This document shows, one piece after another, positions 61,973 to 64,000 of a stretch of 64,000 nt of DNA (position 1 is the stretch's first letter; each line of letters starts with the position of its first letter). The translations under genes were made by a program, and so were the position numbers. The notes under the pieces are model-generated. The model saw only the letters and a program-made list of their open reading frames with translations. It was not told the origin of the DNA and ran no database searches. The stretch is from Heterodontus francisci. Lineage: Eukaryota. The stretch is taken from assembly GCF_036365525.1 (NCBI RefSeq), contig NC_090404.1, positions 43,533,544 to 43,597,543 of the forward strand. The letters are read 5' to 3'.

Positions 61973-63385
61973 AAGACTGCGAGAAAGATTGGAACGGTGG
62001 ATCAGTTTGTGATTTATACAGGACTATGGGGAGAGAGTAGGGCAGCACGATTAGTGATGGATACAAACATACGAATTAGGAGCAGGAGTAGGCCACTCGA
62101 CCCCTCGAGCCTGCTTTGCCATTCGATAGGTTCATGGCTGAACTGATTGCTCCACATTTCCACCTTCCCCCGATAACCATCCACCCCCTTGCTTATCAAG
62201 AATCTTACAAATATTCAAAGACTTTGCTTCCAGTACCTTTTGCGGAAGATAATTCCAAAGACTCACGACCCTCTGATTGAGCGTGGCAGTCAGATTAGTA
62301 TGGGGTTGATACCAAACTATGGGAAAAGAACATGACAGTGGGATTAGCTTGTCATTGTTGCAGATCTAAGGGGTAGAGTGTGGTCATATTTTTCGTTTTA
62401 GATTCATTCATGGCTATGGGGCGAGAGATGGGCAGTGGATTACTTTGGGATTATTACAGAGCTGCAGGTAGAGAACTGGGGGTGGGATTTGTTTTTGATA
62501 GATGCTGCAATGGGAATTGCGTGGATTAGTGGGATTATTTTAGGAATGAGAACAAGCGGCATTCAGTTTGGAGTTGATACAAGACTACGAGGAGAGTCAG
62601 GGCCTGTGGGAGTACCTTTGGATTGATAAAGCACAATGGAAAGAGAATGGACCAATAGCGTTAGTTCTGGGTTTAAACACGACTATGGGGATTACGTAAA
62701 ACAGTGAGATTCGTTGTAGATTCAAACAGCACAAGGGAAGAGAGTGGAAAGGTGCAATTAGATTGTATTTGGTGCAGGGTTATAGATAAGGATCGGGGAG
62801 ATATAACATTTTGGGATTGTTATATGTCTCTGGAGAAAGTGGAGTAGTGGGATTATTTTAGGAATTTAACAGGGCTATGGGGATAGATTGGGGCTGTAGC
62901 TTTAGCTTTGAATTTACATAGGTCGATGGAGAGCGGCTGGAGCAGTGCAAATAGTTTGGTATTAACATCAGGCCATGAGATGAGAGCCGGATGGTGGGTT
63001 TAGCATTTAATATATGGCCATGGTAAGACAGCGGGTAATGGGGGTAATTTTCAGTTGAAACAGGGCTATGGGAGAGTATGAGGCCGTGCTTTTTTACATT
63101 GATATCGAGCTGCAGGCATGGAGTAATGCAGTGGGATTGGTGGGTTTCGATTAGTATTGATTCAGGGCTGGGAGAGAGTGAGGCAGTGGGATTAATTTGT
63201 GATTGTTGCCGGAATATGGAGAGGGAGTGAGGCCTTGGGTTTAGGTTGGGGTTGTTACAGGGCTAAAGGGAGACAGCAGACCAGTGGGATTGTATTGGAA
63301 TTGTCACAGGCTATGGGAGAGAGCGGGGCAGTGGGACATATTTGGGATTAATGCAGGGCTATGGGGAGGGAGCAGGGCAGAGTGT
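61973..63385 (+). repeat. Degenerate ~49-bp G-rich tandem array 3 (interrupted by a CR1 tail on - at ~62064-62275)
   Basis: CAGTGGGA-type anchors at 63184, 63233, 63282, 63329 give a 47-49 bp period. Confidence 0.85.
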
Positions 63386-64000
63386 AATGCACAAATATTT
63401 TTCGTTGTAGAGAATAACAGAAATAACACTTCTGGGCACCGTTGTGTTTCAGTGCTGGTTAGTGCTAATTAATGACTTCTCAGTCAGTTTCCTGTGAGTA
63501 GCCATGGAAACCGTTCACCGCCGCTATCAGCAGCAGACAGATTTCCTGGGCTTTCGACGGCTTTCTCAAAATCTCAGTATCAAAAAGGAAACGATAAAAC
63601 ATTCTCGGCAATTCCTTGGCATTTAACGGTCACAATGAGAACAACAACAGCGGGTCAATAAAAGGTTTCATAAAATCTGTCCTGAGGAATGTGGATGATG
63701 TGAACATAACTATGTATTATTACAAGATAGGTGGACTATATTCATTCCGATTGCGCTGTGCTATCCCCAATACAGTCTGATGCTGCATCTGGTACAGTCT
63801 GACTTTCCCTTTCCTAACTCATTGCTCCCTGGTCTAGTTGACTATCTTTACTCAGCATGGATTGTACTCTACACTGGGGAGAACAAAGGCACATCAGGCC
63901 ACTGCTCGGCCCAACACATTCCTTCTGTCTGAAAATGTCACCCTGACTAACTGACTGTACCCTATATTAGTGGAGTCACAAAGACAGGCGTGTTCAAGAT

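Noticed and set aside
63498-63662. 40-aa ORF with good Kozak context (also X-box-like GTAGCCATGGAAAC) and downstream AATAAA
   Set aside because: Too short, no recognisable homology, and near the window edge; cannot be supported.

Overview
Eukaryotic DNA from a cartilaginous fish (shark). Bases ~850-32300 (+) hold one complete, unrearranged IgNAR heavy-chain-only immunoglobulin cluster: octamer/TATA promoter, leader, a single short V domain (VNAR, no CDR2), three RSS-flanked D segments, one J, five constant exons, a secretory tail, and TM1/TM2 exons. All exons are in frame with canonical splice sites. IgNAR itself is a known system. Locus-specific oddities seen here: a 17-bp duplication that lengthens the germline V into CDR3; a Trp-rich FR2/HV2 with no non-canonical Cys; a D2 RSS with an altered spacer; and a candidate Cys-containing hinge mini-exon whose splice donor is mutated. 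The introns and the 32 kb downstream consist of CR1/L2 LINEs (two near full length, several nested), tRNA-derived SINEs, Penelope-like fragments with hammerhead remnants, a solo LTR, and G-rich 61-bp and 49-bp tandem arrays. From memory the VNAR framework resembles dogfish (Squalus) VNARs; this has not been verified.
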